Shown here: positions 20,308 to 30,044 of the stretch, piece after piece | How the letters are laid out: each line of letters opens with the position of its first letter | How positions within the stretch are numbered: position 1 is the stretch's first letter | Source of the DNA: an uncultured Armatimonadia bacterium | GTDB lineage: Bacteria > Armatimonadota > Zipacnadia > CAVVLO01 | Assembly (NCBI GenBank): GCA_963749155.1 | Contig: CAVVLO010000005.1 | Coordinates: 96,001-160,000, forward strand | Reading direction: 5' to 3' | Length of the DNA stretch: 64,000 nucleotides | The notes under the pieces: generated by a model | What the model was told of the DNA's origin: nothing | Seen by the model: only the letters and a program-made list of their open reading frames with translations | Database searches by the model: none | Program-made: the position numbers and the translations under genes

Positions 20308-21267
20308 GTGGCGCATCTGCCCGTAATGCTGGAGGAAGTGCTGGAGTTCTGGCCCGGCCGGCCCGATGGCCTGCTGGTTGATCAGAGCTTCGGTATGGGC
20401 GGGCATACCTTCGCCGCGCTCCAGCGGTTTCCCGAGGCGCGCATCCTTGCTTTCGATGCCGACCCCCAGGCTGTGGCTGAGGGGCGTATCCGCCAGCAGG
20501 CAGAGGGTGTAGGGGAAGACCGGCTCCGGATCGAGCAAGGCTGGGCCGGTAGTCTTACAAGCGACCTCGAGCGACTTGGCGTTGCGCCAGGCAGTGTGTC
20601 AGGCGTGCTTTTTGACACCGGAGTGAGGTCCGAGATGTTCGAGGACGAGGAGCGGGGCCTTTCCTTCCGCAATCCTGATGCTCCTCTCAATATGAAATAC
20701 GATCCAGACAGCGAGGGGCCGACAGCAGCCGACCTGCTGGCGAGCCTCAGCCAGGAAGAGCTGGCCAGGCTGCTTTGGGAATATGGTGGGGACCGGCAAG
20801 CTCGGCGTATAGCAGCAACTATATGCAGCCGACGCGAAGCCGAATACATAGCAACATGTGGACAACTATCCGAACTAGTAATCGCAGCCCATCATCGCAG
20901 CCGAATTCGCAGCATCGACGCCAGGACTCAGGTCTGGCAAGCACTCCGGATGGCAGTAAATGACGAAGCAGGGCAACTGACAGCAGCACTCGACGCAGCC
21001 CATTACGCACTGGAGCCACACGGCAGACTGGTCGTCATCTGCTTTGAATCCACGCTCGACAGAATCGCCAAGAGCTGGATGAGAGCAAAGGCCCAGAAGC
21101 ACGTGCCCTTCCGCCGTGAGCCGGTCCCCACCGCTCCAGACCTGTCACGTCCCGAGCCGGAGATTGAGGTGCTTACACCCAAAGCCCTCAAGCCGACCGA
21201 GGCGGAGGTGCGCGCCAATCCGCGCGCCAGGTCAGCCAAATTGCGTGTCGCCGAGAAGCTGCGCTGA
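20308..21267 (+). CDS. rsmH: 16S rRNA m4C1402 methyltransferase RsmH (divergent; alternative start 20248)
   Basis: HLPVMLEEV, FGMGGHT, RGLSF, QALRMAVNDE, NPRARSAKLRVAEK. GTG start preceded by GGAGGAG. Confidence 0.9.
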   Translation: MAHLPVMLEEVLEFWPGRPDGLLVDQSFGMGGHTFAALQRFPEARILAFDADPQAVAEGRIRQQAEGVGEDRLRIEQGWAGSLTSDLERLGVAPGSVSGVLFDTGVRSEMFEDEERGLSFRNPDAPLNMKYDPDSEGPTAADLLASLSQEELARLLWEYGGDRQARRIAATICSRREAEYIATCGQLSELVIAAHHRSRIRSIDARTQVWQALRMAVNDEAGQLTAALDAAHYALEPHGRLVVICFESTLDRIAKSWMRAKAQKHVPFRREPVPTAPDLSRPEPEIEVLTPKALKPTEAEVRANPRARSAKLRVAEKLR

Positions 21268-21308
21268 GGTTCCCGAGGCTTTCACAGAACGGGCAAGAGG
21301 AACCTGAA

Positions 21309-21728
21309 ATGGTAGAACAAATTACGCAGCCAAGAAGAAGCAGAGAAGGACTAGCTCCTCGCCCCAGGACCGCCTTTCAGCGGCTCCGGCCACTGCTAAG
21401 GACCGCTTTATTGATCTGGGCACTGGGCGCCATCGCCTTCAGCTATACTCTTACTCAGGCGCGCGCTACCCAGTTTGCATACGAACACAAGCAGGAACTG
21501 CGCAAGCTAGTGCGCGCAAGCGCCGAGGTAGCCGATCTCCACCTGAGACTTGCAGAGCGTTACAGCCCGCGTCAGGTGCTTGAAGAAGCGCGTCAGGCAG
21601 GATATGTGCCTGCGCGTCAGGTATTGAGGGTGGAAGTCGCGGAAGCTCTGCTTCCTGGTCAGCCGCAACTGGCTGCCACAGGTTATGCCTCGCGCGGCGG
21701 AGCCGACGCAACTCGTGCAACAGACTGA
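21309..21728 (+). CDS. ftsL: FtsL-like bitopic cell division protein
   Basis: Position between rsmH and the PBP gene; basic N-terminus, one TM, coiled-coil, EEARQAGYVP tail. Confidence 0.65.
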   Translation: MVEQITQPRRSREGLAPRPRTAFQRLRPLLRTALLIWALGAIAFSYTLTQARATQFAYEHKQELRKLVRASAEVADLHLRLAERYSPRQVLEEARQAGYVPARQVLRVEVAEALLPGQPQLAATGYASRGGADATRATD

Positions 21729-21830
21729 GGCGCCCAGGGCCGGGCGATGGGTTTCTGACTCCTCGCTTTACTAGCGCCAGCGGCAAGCAGGCTGCCACGG
21801 CCCCGAGCGGGACGGAGGTAGCAACCTAAC

Positions 21831-23642
21831 TTGGTCGACTTCCAGGCAAGCAATCAAATCCAGCGACGCGCCATCGCTTTGGCTATCTTCCTGGTCATAT
21901 TCTATATATTGATGCTGGCCAGACTGATGCTGGTCTGCACGCGTGATCATCAACTCCATCTGGACAGGGCTGCTTCGGTCCATCGTACCCCCAGCACACT
22001 GCCAGTCCCGCGCGGCACCATCTTTGATCGAAATGGCAATCCCCTGGTAAGCAGCGCCTTGTGGTACCGCATTTCTCTGGATACCAAGCGGCTGGAAGGT
22101 GACCCCGCCTGGGCTATTGATATGGCAACGCGCCTGTTTGGCAAGCAACGCTCAGAGGTAAAAGCGGCTATCGAGGCCGGCAAGAGGTTCAACCTGGACT
22201 GGTTTGCCTCTACCGAGCTGAAAGACAAGCTTGTCCGGGAGTATCTAACCAAGTCTGATGGCGACATAGACAGCAAGCGCGATGAGGCCATCAGCAGTAC
22301 CGAATATTATGGGCGCACGTATGGCGATGTACCCCTGGCGCCGCAACTCGTGGGCTTCCTCAATGCCGATGGAGTGCCCCAATCGGGTTTGGAGTTCTCC
22401 TTCGATGAGTTGCTGTCAGGCCGAGCGAATGACAATGCCAATGTAATCGTCACAGCCGATGGCACTCCGCTGCCTGTCGCGGGCGGTTCACCCGAGCTGC
22501 TCGAACCAGGGCAGGCGCTTATGCTCACCCTCGATGGCCGCCTGCAACAGCTTGCCCAGGACGCAATCGCCCAGGCGGCATCAAGTGTTGATGCCGATTT
22601 CGGCCTTGTGCTGGTAGGAGATCCTCGCACAGGCGAGTTGCTTGCCTGGGCGCAGTGGCCCAGCTTTGATCCACGTGACCGCTCCACGATGATCGATCGC
22701 GACCACCTGGACGATAGTCTTGATCCACGCAAAGTCAGTCCCTTGCTTAATTACGCCATAAACTGGAGCTGGGAGCCTGGCAGTTTTATAAAGCCAATTA
22801 CTATCGCATCTGCCTTGGAAGAAGGCACAATAACATCAAATACACCTTTATATTGCTCTGGGCGCTGGTCGCCCGATGGGGTTAGCCACGTAAGCTGTTA
22901 TCACTATAAAGTCCACGGGGGGCAGACCCCGACCGAGGTCATCGCCAACTCCTGCAATATTGGGGCCGCCCAGGTTGCAGCCAAACTTGGAGGCAGAGCC
23001 ATTACAACCTGGTTTCGCCGCTTTGGTCTCGACCAGGCGCCTGCAATGGATGCGGGGAAGGGGCTCGCCGGACTGGTAGGCAACCCCGAGCGGATGTATC
23101 CCCTCGATGTGGCTACGTTGGGCTTCGGCCAGGGGCAGGTGCGCACTACCCCGATGCAGCTTTTTGGCGCCCTCTCGAGTCTTGCAAATGGCGGCTCGCT
23201 TATGCAGCCCTATGTCGTCGGGGCGGTGCTCTCGCCCGAAGGCAAAGTTATGAAGCGCTTCGAGCCCGTGAAGCGCGCTCAGACTGTCTCCCCGGCGACT
23301 GCCAACACAGTGCTGGCAATGATGCGCAAAACGGTCACCAGTGGCACTGCCAGCAATATGAATCTGCCAGGCCTTGAGATCTGCGGCAAGACCTCAACCG
23401 CGGAAGTATCACTGCCCGGCAAAGGCTATCTCAACGACGCTTTTCACAGAGTGGTTGGCTTCTTCGGAGTACTGCCGCTCAGTAATCCTCAGCTTGCGGT
23501 TATGATAGTGATTAAGTATCCTAAGGACACTGATCCGTCGGGCTCGAAGCTGGCAGGGCCCGTCTTCAAGGAGCTTGCGCAACAGGCTGTGCGCTACTTG
23601 CGTATCTCCCCCGCCGGCTCCGGCGAAGCAGGCCGATCCTAG
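21831..23642 (+). CDS. ftsI: class B penicillin-binding protein (FtsI/SpoVD-like transpeptidase)
   Basis: N-terminal TM, RGTIFDRNG, GLEFSFD, LTLDGRLQ, EPGSFIK (SxxK), SCN, GFGQG. The third motif reads KTS. Confidence 0.9.
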   Translation: MVDFQASNQIQRRAIALAIFLVIFYILMLARLMLVCTRDHQLHLDRAASVHRTPSTLPVPRGTIFDRNGNPLVSSALWYRISLDTKRLEGDPAWAIDMATRLFGKQRSEVKAAIEAGKRFNLDWFASTELKDKLVREYLTKSDGDIDSKRDEAISSTEYYGRTYGDVPLAPQLVGFLNADGVPQSGLEFSFDELLSGRANDNANVIVTADGTPLPVAGGSPELLEPGQALMLTLDGRLQQLAQDAIAQAASSVDADFGLVLVGDPRTGELLAWAQWPSFDPRDRSTMIDRDHLDDSLDPRKVSPLLNYAINWSWEPGSFIKPITIASALEEGTITSNTPLYCSGRWSPDGVSHVSCYHYKVHGGQTPTEVIANSCNIGAAQVAAKLGGRAITTWFRRFGLDQAPAMDAGKGLAGLVGNPERMYPLDVATLGFGQGQVRTTPMQLFGALSSLANGGSLMQPYVVGAVLSPEGKVMKRFEPVKRAQTVSPATANTVLAMMRKTVTSGTASNMNLPGLEICGKTSTAEVSLPGKGYLNDAFHRVVGFFGVLPLSNPQLAVMIVIKYPKDTDPSGSKLAGPVFKELAQQAVRYLRISPAGSGEAGRS

Positions 23643-25138
23643 TGACCACACTCTCTCGCACAGTTGAATATCTGGCTCGGGTCTGCGGGGCTCGTTTGCT
23701 TGGCGCAAGGCAGGCCGAGGTGACGGCTATCACCCACGACTCCCGCACTGCCGGTCCTGGAGCCCTCTTTGCGGCGCTCAGGGGCGAGACCACTGACGGC
23801 CATAAATATATCGAGACTGCTCTTGCAAGTGTCGCTACGGCTGTGCTCGCGGAGGAGCTACCTGAGGGGTTTGTTTTGCCCGAGGGGCGCTCTCTGCTGC
23901 TTGTAGAGGATTCGCGTGAGGCGCTGGCTCAGGTGGCAGCGGCCTTCTACGGCTATCCCGCCTCCCAGGTCACTCTGGTCGGACTTACCGGCACCAACGG
24001 CAAGACCACAAGTACCTATATTGTCCAGTCCATCGCCAAAGCGGCAGGCCTGCTGGCCGGACGCATCGGCACCCTGGGCGCAGAAGGCCCTGGAGGGCAG
24101 CTTTATAAAGGGCTGACGACTCCCGAGATAGACGATCTGCAGCGTTTGCTCTGGCAGATTGGCGAGCAAGGCGCCCGGCTAGTGGCGATGGAAGTCTCAG
24201 CCCATGCAAGCGCGCGCCGCCGCATTGCCGCAGTGGCCTACGATGCGCTGGTCTTTACCAACCTGACCCAGGATCACCTGGACTATTTCGGTACGATGGA
24301 AGCTTACGGGCAGGCCAAGCGCGAATTATTCACCAATCCCGAATATCATAAGCCCGGATTTGTGCCAGTCCTCAACCTGGACGATCCCTTTGGCGCCAGT
24401 CTGGCCAAGGAACTCGAACCGGGCGCGGTCACTTATTCTCTCGAGGAGCAGTGGGCCGATTACCTGCTTGAAGAAGCCAGGCCAGTTGGCAAGGGCGCCG
24501 AGGCAACTTTCATACTGAGAGGGGGCGAGCGACTCACTGCCCTCGTGCCTTTGTTTGGGCGCTTCAACCTCTATAATGCGACAGGCGCCGTGGCTGTCTG
24601 TCATTCACTTGGGATGTCCCCTGAAGCCATCGCGGCCGGGCTTGCGGCAACCCCGCAAGTGCCTGGTCGGATGGAACGGGTGGGAGAGCGCCCTGCAGTG
24701 CTAGTAGATTACGCTCATACTGAAGATGGCCTGAGGCAGGTCCTTACCGCGGTAAAGGGCTCCACTCCTGGTCGTTTGATAGTCGTGTTCGGTTGCGGGG
24801 GAGACCGGGACCGCACCAAAAGGCCGAAGATGGGCGCTGTTGCCTCCGAGCTGGCCGACCTGGCTGTGGTTACCTCGGACAATCCGCGCAGTGAAGTGCC
24901 TGAAGCCATCGTGGAAGAAATCAAGACTGGGATGGACCTTTCTCGCACGGTGACCCAGGTCGACAGGCGCCAGGCAATTTTCGAAGCGCTTGCAAGGGCC
25001 CATCCTGAGGATGTCGTGGTCATCGCAGGCAAAGGCCATGAGGAAGGGCAGATTTTCAAAGACAAGACAGTGCCTTTTGACGACCGAGAGGTCGCGCGCG
25101 AGGCGCTAGCTACTCTCAAGGGAGAACTGCAGGAATGA
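23642..25138 (+). CDS. murE: UDP-MurNAc-tripeptide synthetase (meso-DAP type)
   Basis: TGTNGKTT, MEVSAH, FTNLTQDHLDY, VPGRME, DYAHT, FGCGGDRD, DNPR (DAP specificity motif), AGKGHE. Confidence 0.95.
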   Translation: MTTLSRTVEYLARVCGARLLGARQAEVTAITHDSRTAGPGALFAALRGETTDGHKYIETALASVATAVLAEELPEGFVLPEGRSLLLVEDSREALAQVAAAFYGYPASQVTLVGLTGTNGKTTSTYIVQSIAKAAGLLAGRIGTLGAEGPGGQLYKGLTTPEIDDLQRLLWQIGEQGARLVAMEVSAHASARRRIAAVAYDALVFTNLTQDHLDYFGTMEAYGQAKRELFTNPEYHKPGFVPVLNLDDPFGASLAKELEPGAVTYSLEEQWADYLLEEARPVGKGAEATFILRGGERLTALVPLFGRFNLYNATGAVAVCHSLGMSPEAIAAGLAATPQVPGRMERVGERPAVLVDYAHTEDGLRQVLTAVKGSTPGRLIVVFGCGGDRDRTKRPKMGAVASELADLAVVTSDNPRSEVPEAIVEEIKTGMDLSRTVTQVDRRQAIFEALARAHPEDVVVIAGKGHEEGQIFKDKTVPFDDREVAREALATLKGELQE

Positions 25139-26517
25139 AGAGCGTAAACGCGCAATGGGTGGTCAGGGCAACTGGAGGTAAACTCCTCAAAGGCCGGCCT
25201 GAGCTGGAATTTCCTGGTTTCTCTACCGACACCCGCGCTTTGAAGACTGGAGAACTTTTCCTTGCGCTGAAGGGCGAACAGCTTGATGGGCATAACTACC
25301 TGAGCCAGGCGAAAGAGGCGGGCGCCGGTGGCGTTGTTGTCTCTGAGCGCCTCGAAGAAGCCCTGGAACTCTTCGACTTCGTCCTGAAGGTGGACGATAC
25401 TTTGATGGCCTGGTGTGGTATCGGCCGGCTGGCCTTCCGCGATCGGCCCGTCAAAGTCGTTGCGGTCACTGGCAGCACAGGGAAGACCACCACCAAAGGC
25501 CTTATCGCCCAGTTGCTTGGGGGACGATTCAAGGTCCATAAATCACCGGCCAGCTTCAACAATGAAGTCGGCATCCCGCTGACAGTGCTTTCAATGCCCG
25601 AAGACACCGAGGTCGCGGTGCTGGAATATGGCACGCGCAATCCTGGCGATATCGCGCTGCTTTGTGAGATTGCCGAACCGAGCATCGCAGTCATCACCAA
25701 TGTCCAGGAGTCCCATCTAGGTCGCTTCGGCACCAGAGATGCGCTCTTTGATGCCAAAGCCGAACTGGTCGACCATATGGAGACCAACGGCACAGCCATC
25801 CTGAACGCCGATGAACGCTGGTTCAAACGACTCAGAGGGCGTGTCCGGGGCCAGGTACTCAGCTTCGGCAGGTCGCTGCTTGCGGAAGTCTCGGCTACGA
25901 GAGTAAGGGCCAATGGAGAGGGATTGCAATTCAGGATCCTTTATCATGAGCGTTCGGTAGAGGTAAGCCTTCCACTGCTTGGTGCGCACAACGTTTATAA
26001 CGCGCTCGCTGCGACGGCCGTTGGGCTTGCAATGGGATTGGAGTTGCCCGAACTCGCAGAGCGTTTCGCGGCTTTCCAGCCTGAAGGCAAGCGCCTGACC
26101 CGGCTGCTTGGGCAAGCAGGCCAGGTCGTGCTGGATGATAGCTATAACGCCAGTCCCGCCTCGGTAAGAGCCGCTCTTGAGGTCTTGGGCCAGCTTGATA
26201 CCGCAGGCCGGCGCATCGCTGTGCTGGGCGATATGCTCGAACTTGGCCCTGAGGAAGCTCTCCTGCACCAGGAGGTGGGCGGTCACATGATCGAGCAGCC
26301 TCTCGATTTACTGATTACGGTGGGAGAGCTGGCGGCCAGATTCGCCGAAGGCGCGGTCACCGCGGGCTTCCCTGAGGATTCCGTAGTTAACTATCCCTCG
26401 ATGGCGGAAGCCCTGATTGGCGTGCCGGACTTGCTCCATCCAGGAGATCTCGTGCTGGTGAAAGGCTCGCGCGCGGTGGGCCTCGAACGGCTGGTGGAGC
26501 TGCTTGTAAATGGTTAA
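25135..26517 (+). CDS. murF: UDP-MurNAc-tripeptide--D-Ala-D-Ala ligase
   Basis: TGSTGKTTTK, NNEVGIP, DDSYNASP, LGDMLELG, KGSR. Confidence 0.95.
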   Translation: MKSVNAQWVVRATGGKLLKGRPELEFPGFSTDTRALKTGELFLALKGEQLDGHNYLSQAKEAGAGGVVVSERLEEALELFDFVLKVDDTLMAWCGIGRLAFRDRPVKVVAVTGSTGKTTTKGLIAQLLGGRFKVHKSPASFNNEVGIPLTVLSMPEDTEVAVLEYGTRNPGDIALLCEIAEPSIAVITNVQESHLGRFGTRDALFDAKAELVDHMETNGTAILNADERWFKRLRGRVRGQVLSFGRSLLAEVSATRVRANGEGLQFRILYHERSVEVSLPLLGAHNVYNALAATAVGLAMGLELPELAERFAAFQPEGKRLTRLLGQAGQVVLDDSYNASPASVRAALEVLGQLDTAGRRIAVLGDMLELGPEEALLHQEVGGHMIEQPLDLLITVGELAARFAEGAVTAGFPEDSVVNYPSMAEALIGVPDLLHPGDLVLVKGSRAVGLERLVELLVNG

Positions 26518-27481
26518 TCTGCTGCTGACAGGCCTTACAAGTCTCGTGCTCGCCTGGGTTCTTGGTTATCTGCTTGTGCCCCTGCTGGCAAAACGGGGGG
26601 GCAAATCGGTCGAGCGTGAAGAGCTGGAGGAGGCGAATCAGGCCAAAGTTGGCACTCCCACGATGGGCGGTCTGATACTTATTGGCGCTGCCGTCATCGC
26701 AGCTCTTGCCTGGACCAAACTCAGCCCTGAGGCCCTGCTGATAACTGGCGCGCTGGTTGGCTTTGGCCTTATTGGTTTTGTTGATGACCTGCTACGTGGC
26801 AGGGGAGGCAAACACCTTGGCCTGAAGGCGCGCTACAAACTGGTCCTGCAACTCGTGCTGGGCGCGCTGCTGTCCTGGGTCGCCTGGCGCCTCTGGCCAG
26901 AACAATCTACTTTGTTGCTGGTCTCTGTCTCGGGCGGTCAGATCGCCCTGGACTGGCTGGCCTTGCCGCTTGGGATATTCCTCTATGTTGGCTTCAGCAA
27001 CGCGGTCAACCTGACCGATGGGCTGGATGGCCTGGCCTCGAGTACAGTCGCTATCACAGCCCTGGCAGGGGCGGCAATCGCTTTCACCCAGGGGCTGGAC
27101 GCCTGGGTTATACCGCTTGTTGCCATCGCGGGCGCCTGTATCGGCTTTCTCTGGTTCAATGCTTTCCCAGCGCGCATTTTTATGGGCGACACCGGCTCGC
27201 TTGCCCTGGGGGGAGCTCTCGCGGCCGCCTTTTTCAGCACTGGCAACACCTTGCTTCTGATACCGGCAGGCCTGGTGTTCGTGCTGGAGACCCTCTCGGT
27301 CATCCTCCAGGTGGGGTATTTCAAGGCCACCAAAGGCAAACGCATATTCAGGATGGCCCCTTTGCACCATCATTTCCGACTGGGCGGGTGGAGTGAAATC
27401 CAGACAGTCGTCAGGTTTGGGATCTGGCAGCTGCTTGGGGCTGGGCTGGCGCTGCTGCTAATACTTGCGGGGGCGAAATAA
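26510..27481 (+). CDS. mraY: phospho-N-acetylmuramoyl-pentapeptide transferase
   Basis: GTPTMGG, GFVDD, NAVNLTDGLDGL, FMGDTGS, FRMAPLHHHF. Confidence 0.96.
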   Translation: MVNLLLTGLTSLVLAWVLGYLLVPLLAKRGGKSVEREELEEANQAKVGTPTMGGLILIGAAVIAALAWTKLSPEALLITGALVGFGLIGFVDDLLRGRGGKHLGLKARYKLVLQLVLGALLSWVAWRLWPEQSTLLLVSVSGGQIALDWLALPLGIFLYVGFSNAVNLTDGLDGLASSTVAITALAGAAIAFTQGLDAWVIPLVAIAGACIGFLWFNAFPARIFMGDTGSLALGGALAAAFFSTGNTLLLIPAGLVFVLETLSVILQVGYFKATKGKRIFRMAPLHHHFRLGGWSEIQTVVRFGIWQLLGAGLALLLILAGAK

Positions 27482-27486
27482 GGGAC

Positions 27487-28875
27487 TTGCAGAGAGAATC
27501 TTTCGCGGGAAAACAACTGGCGATACTTGGACTTGGCAGGACAGGCCTGGCCTCGCTGCGTGTGCTTGCCAGGCTGGGAGCGCGCCTGATAGCGGTAGAC
27601 GAGAAACCTGCCGAAGCCTTCGGCGAAGAGCTGCCGGACCTTATCGCCCTGACCGAACGCCTCGAGTTTGGCCCTGGCGCCCTGGAGCGAGTCGGCGAGC
27701 CAGACCAGGTCATCATCAGCCCAGGTATCTCGGTAACCAGGCCCGAAATAGTTGCACTGAAAAGGCGCGGTATCCCTGTTGATTCGGAGCTGGAATTAGC
27801 CTGGTCGCTTGCCAAAGCGCCTTTCCTCGCGGTTACCGGAACAAATGGCAAGTCGACCACTGTAACCCTTGCGCACCTTTGCCTCGAGGCAAGCGGGATC
27901 CAATCGCGCCTGGCGGGCAATATCGGCAAGGCTGTAATCGAAGACGCTTTCGAGGCCGCCGAAGAGGAAGTGCTTGTCACGGAGGTCAGCAATTACCAGC
28001 TCGAGGCAACCACTCACTTCAGGCCGCGTTGGGCTGCTCTGCTCAATTTGCAAGGTGATCATGCCGAAAGGCAGACTTTTGATGAATACATCGCCGCGAA
28101 GGCGCGACTTTTCGCAAGCCAGTCACCTGAAGATTTGGCTGTGCTCTTCTGGGACGACCCAAAGGTACGAGCTTTGGCCCCAGCCATCAAGTCCCAGATT
28201 GCGTGGTTTTCTGTTACTGAGCAGCTCCAGGCGCCTGGCGCCTGGCTGGAAGGCGACACTCTGACAGTTGATTTGGGCAAAGGGCCAGTGGCCCTGCTGG
28301 ACCGGTCCGAGCTTCGTCTCTTTGGCGCTCATAACGTGGCCAACGCGCTTGCTGCAGCGCTGCTCTCTTGCTCTGCGGGGGCCACTCTGGAAGGCGTACG
28401 GGCAACCTTGTCGAGTTTCACCGGACTAGATTTCGCCCTCAGGCTGTCGGCTACCGTGAGAGGGCGCCGGTTTATAAACGACAGCAAAGGCACCAACCCA
28501 CCAAGTACGCTTGCGGCACTTTCAGCTTTTACCGAACCGCTCGTGGTGATCGCAGGGGGGCTGGGGAAAGGGGCTGATTTCACCGAACTCGGCCGAGTGC
28601 TGGCAGCGAAGGCGCGCGCGCTGGTCGTCATCGGCCAGGACGGTCCAGCTATCGCCGAAGCGGCTTGCGCAGCTGGACTGGCGGTTTGGGAAAGCGCAAC
28701 CAGCCTGGAAGAAGCGGTAGAACGCGCCTATGCCTTATCGCAGCCAGGTGACACGGTGTTGCTGTCGCCCGCTTGCGCAAGCCAGGATATGTTTCGAGAT
28801 TACAAGCAGCGCGGCGAGTTGTTCGATAAGTGTGTAGCCGCCCTTGCCAGTCGAGAAGAGAAGGAGGCTGGCTGA
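27487..28875 (+). CDS. murD: UDP-MurNAc-L-Ala--D-glutamate ligase
   Basis: GLGRTG, SPGI, TGTNGKST, GNIG, NDSKGTN, LLSPACASQDMF. Confidence 0.93.
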   Translation: MQRESFAGKQLAILGLGRTGLASLRVLARLGARLIAVDEKPAEAFGEELPDLIALTERLEFGPGALERVGEPDQVIISPGISVTRPEIVALKRRGIPVDSELELAWSLAKAPFLAVTGTNGKSTTVTLAHLCLEASGIQSRLAGNIGKAVIEDAFEAAEEEVLVTEVSNYQLEATTHFRPRWAALLNLQGDHAERQTFDEYIAAKARLFASQSPEDLAVLFWDDPKVRALAPAIKSQIAWFSVTEQLQAPGAWLEGDTLTVDLGKGPVALLDRSELRLFGAHNVANALAAALLSCSAGATLEGVRATLSSFTGLDFALRLSATVRGRRFINDSKGTNPPSTLAALSAFTEPLVVIAGGLGKGADFTELGRVLAAKARALVVIGQDGPAIAEAACAAGLAVWESATSLEEAVERAYALSQPGDTVLLSPACASQDMFRDYKQRGELFDKCVAALASREEKEAG

Positions 28876-30044
28876 TGACAAGAATTGCCGATCCGCTGGG
28901 GCATGATCTTGCGTCAGACGATGTGCGCGCAACGCCACTGGTCGATCGCTGGCTTTTCCTTGCCATCAATGTGCTCTTGGTCGCGGGGCTGCTTGTGCTA
29001 TTCAGCGCGACCTATCCAAAAGACGCCCGACCCTCAGGCTCAGAGAAACTAGTCGGCGACGCAACTGCCACCTTCACCAAGCAACTGATGATTTCGGGAG
29101 TCGGCTATCTGCTGATGCTGGGGCTTATGCTCCTTCGCCCCGAATGGTTGAAAAAAATCGCAATACCGTTGTTCGGTGTGTCTCTCTTCTTGCTGGTGCT
29201 TGTGCTGTTTCTGCATCCTGAACAAGACTTCCATCGCTGGATAAAGCTGACGACAAGCATCACTTTTCAGCCCTCGGAGCTTGCCAAGTTCAGCCTGATT
29301 TTGCTGCTGGCTACCCTGGTCGCTGCCAGGCCAGAGCTGCTGCGCCACGGGAAAGGCTACCTGGGAGTATTGCTGGGATTGGTGTTGCTTCCTGCGTTGC
29401 TGGTTGCAGTTGAGACCGACCTCGGCACTGCCATGGTGATCATTATAGGGGGGATTGCGACTCTGGCGCTTGGCAGAGCGCGCCTGGCCTATGTGCTAGT
29501 GACAATCGTTTTTCTCGGTACGATTTTCGTCGGCGCCGCAATGTACCGACCAGCCTGGGGAGAACGCATCTGGAGCATAGTCCATTATGCCGATGATGGG
29601 GTGCGCAACGATGAAGGCCTCCAGCTTTACCAGAGTCTGATTGCAGTTGGCAGTGGCGGGCTGACAGGACGTGGTTATTGCAACAGCCTTCAAAAATATG
29701 GCTATCTGCCAATGGCTGAAAACGATTTCATTTTGGCAATTGTGGCCGAAGAGACCGGCGCTCTGGGCGCGGGCGCCTTGCTTGGGCTGATTGGTTTTAT
29801 CTCCATATATGGACTATATAAGGCCTCGCGACTCGATGATCCTTTCCGGCAACTGCTCGCAGGGGGAGTCTGCCTGGTGATAGGCTTCCAGGCCGCAATC
29901 AACGCAGGTGTCATTCTGGGTGTGCTGCCCACGACTGGCGTGCCCTTCCCCTTTGTCAGCGCTGGTGGTTCTGCCAGGCTGGTCTATCTGGCGGCGTTTG
30001 GCATAATGCTGTCGGCTCTCAGAGAAGAGGAGCAGACCGGATGA
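28875..30044 (+). CDS. ftsW: SEDS family peptidoglycan glycosyltransferase FtsW
   Basis: Multiple TMs, RWI, FQPSELAK, DLGT, GSGG, DFILAIVAEETG, PTTGVPFPFVSAGGS. Confidence 0.93.
   Translation: MTRIADPLGHDLASDDVRATPLVDRWLFLAINVLLVAGLLVLFSATYPKDARPSGSEKLVGDATATFTKQLMISGVGYLLMLGLMLLRPEWLKKIAIPLFGVSLFLLVLVLFLHPEQDFHRWIKLTTSITFQPSELAKFSLILLLATLVAARPELLRHGKGYLGVLLGLVLLPALLVAVETDLGTAMVIIIGGIATLALGRARLAYVLVTIVFLGTIFVGAAMYRPAWGERIWSIVHYADDGVRNDEGLQLYQSLIAVGSGGLTGRGYCNSLQKYGYLPMAENDFILAIVAEETGALGAGALLGLIGFISIYGLYKASRLDDPFRQLLAGGVCLVIGFQAAINAGVILGVLPTTGVPFPFVSAGGSARLVYLAAFGIMLSALREEEQTG

Noticed and set aside
20805..21095. Diversity-generating retroelement template repeat as the cause of the A-rich patch
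   Set aside because: No reverse transcriptase and no second near-identical copy in the window; the bias is at synonymous positions.
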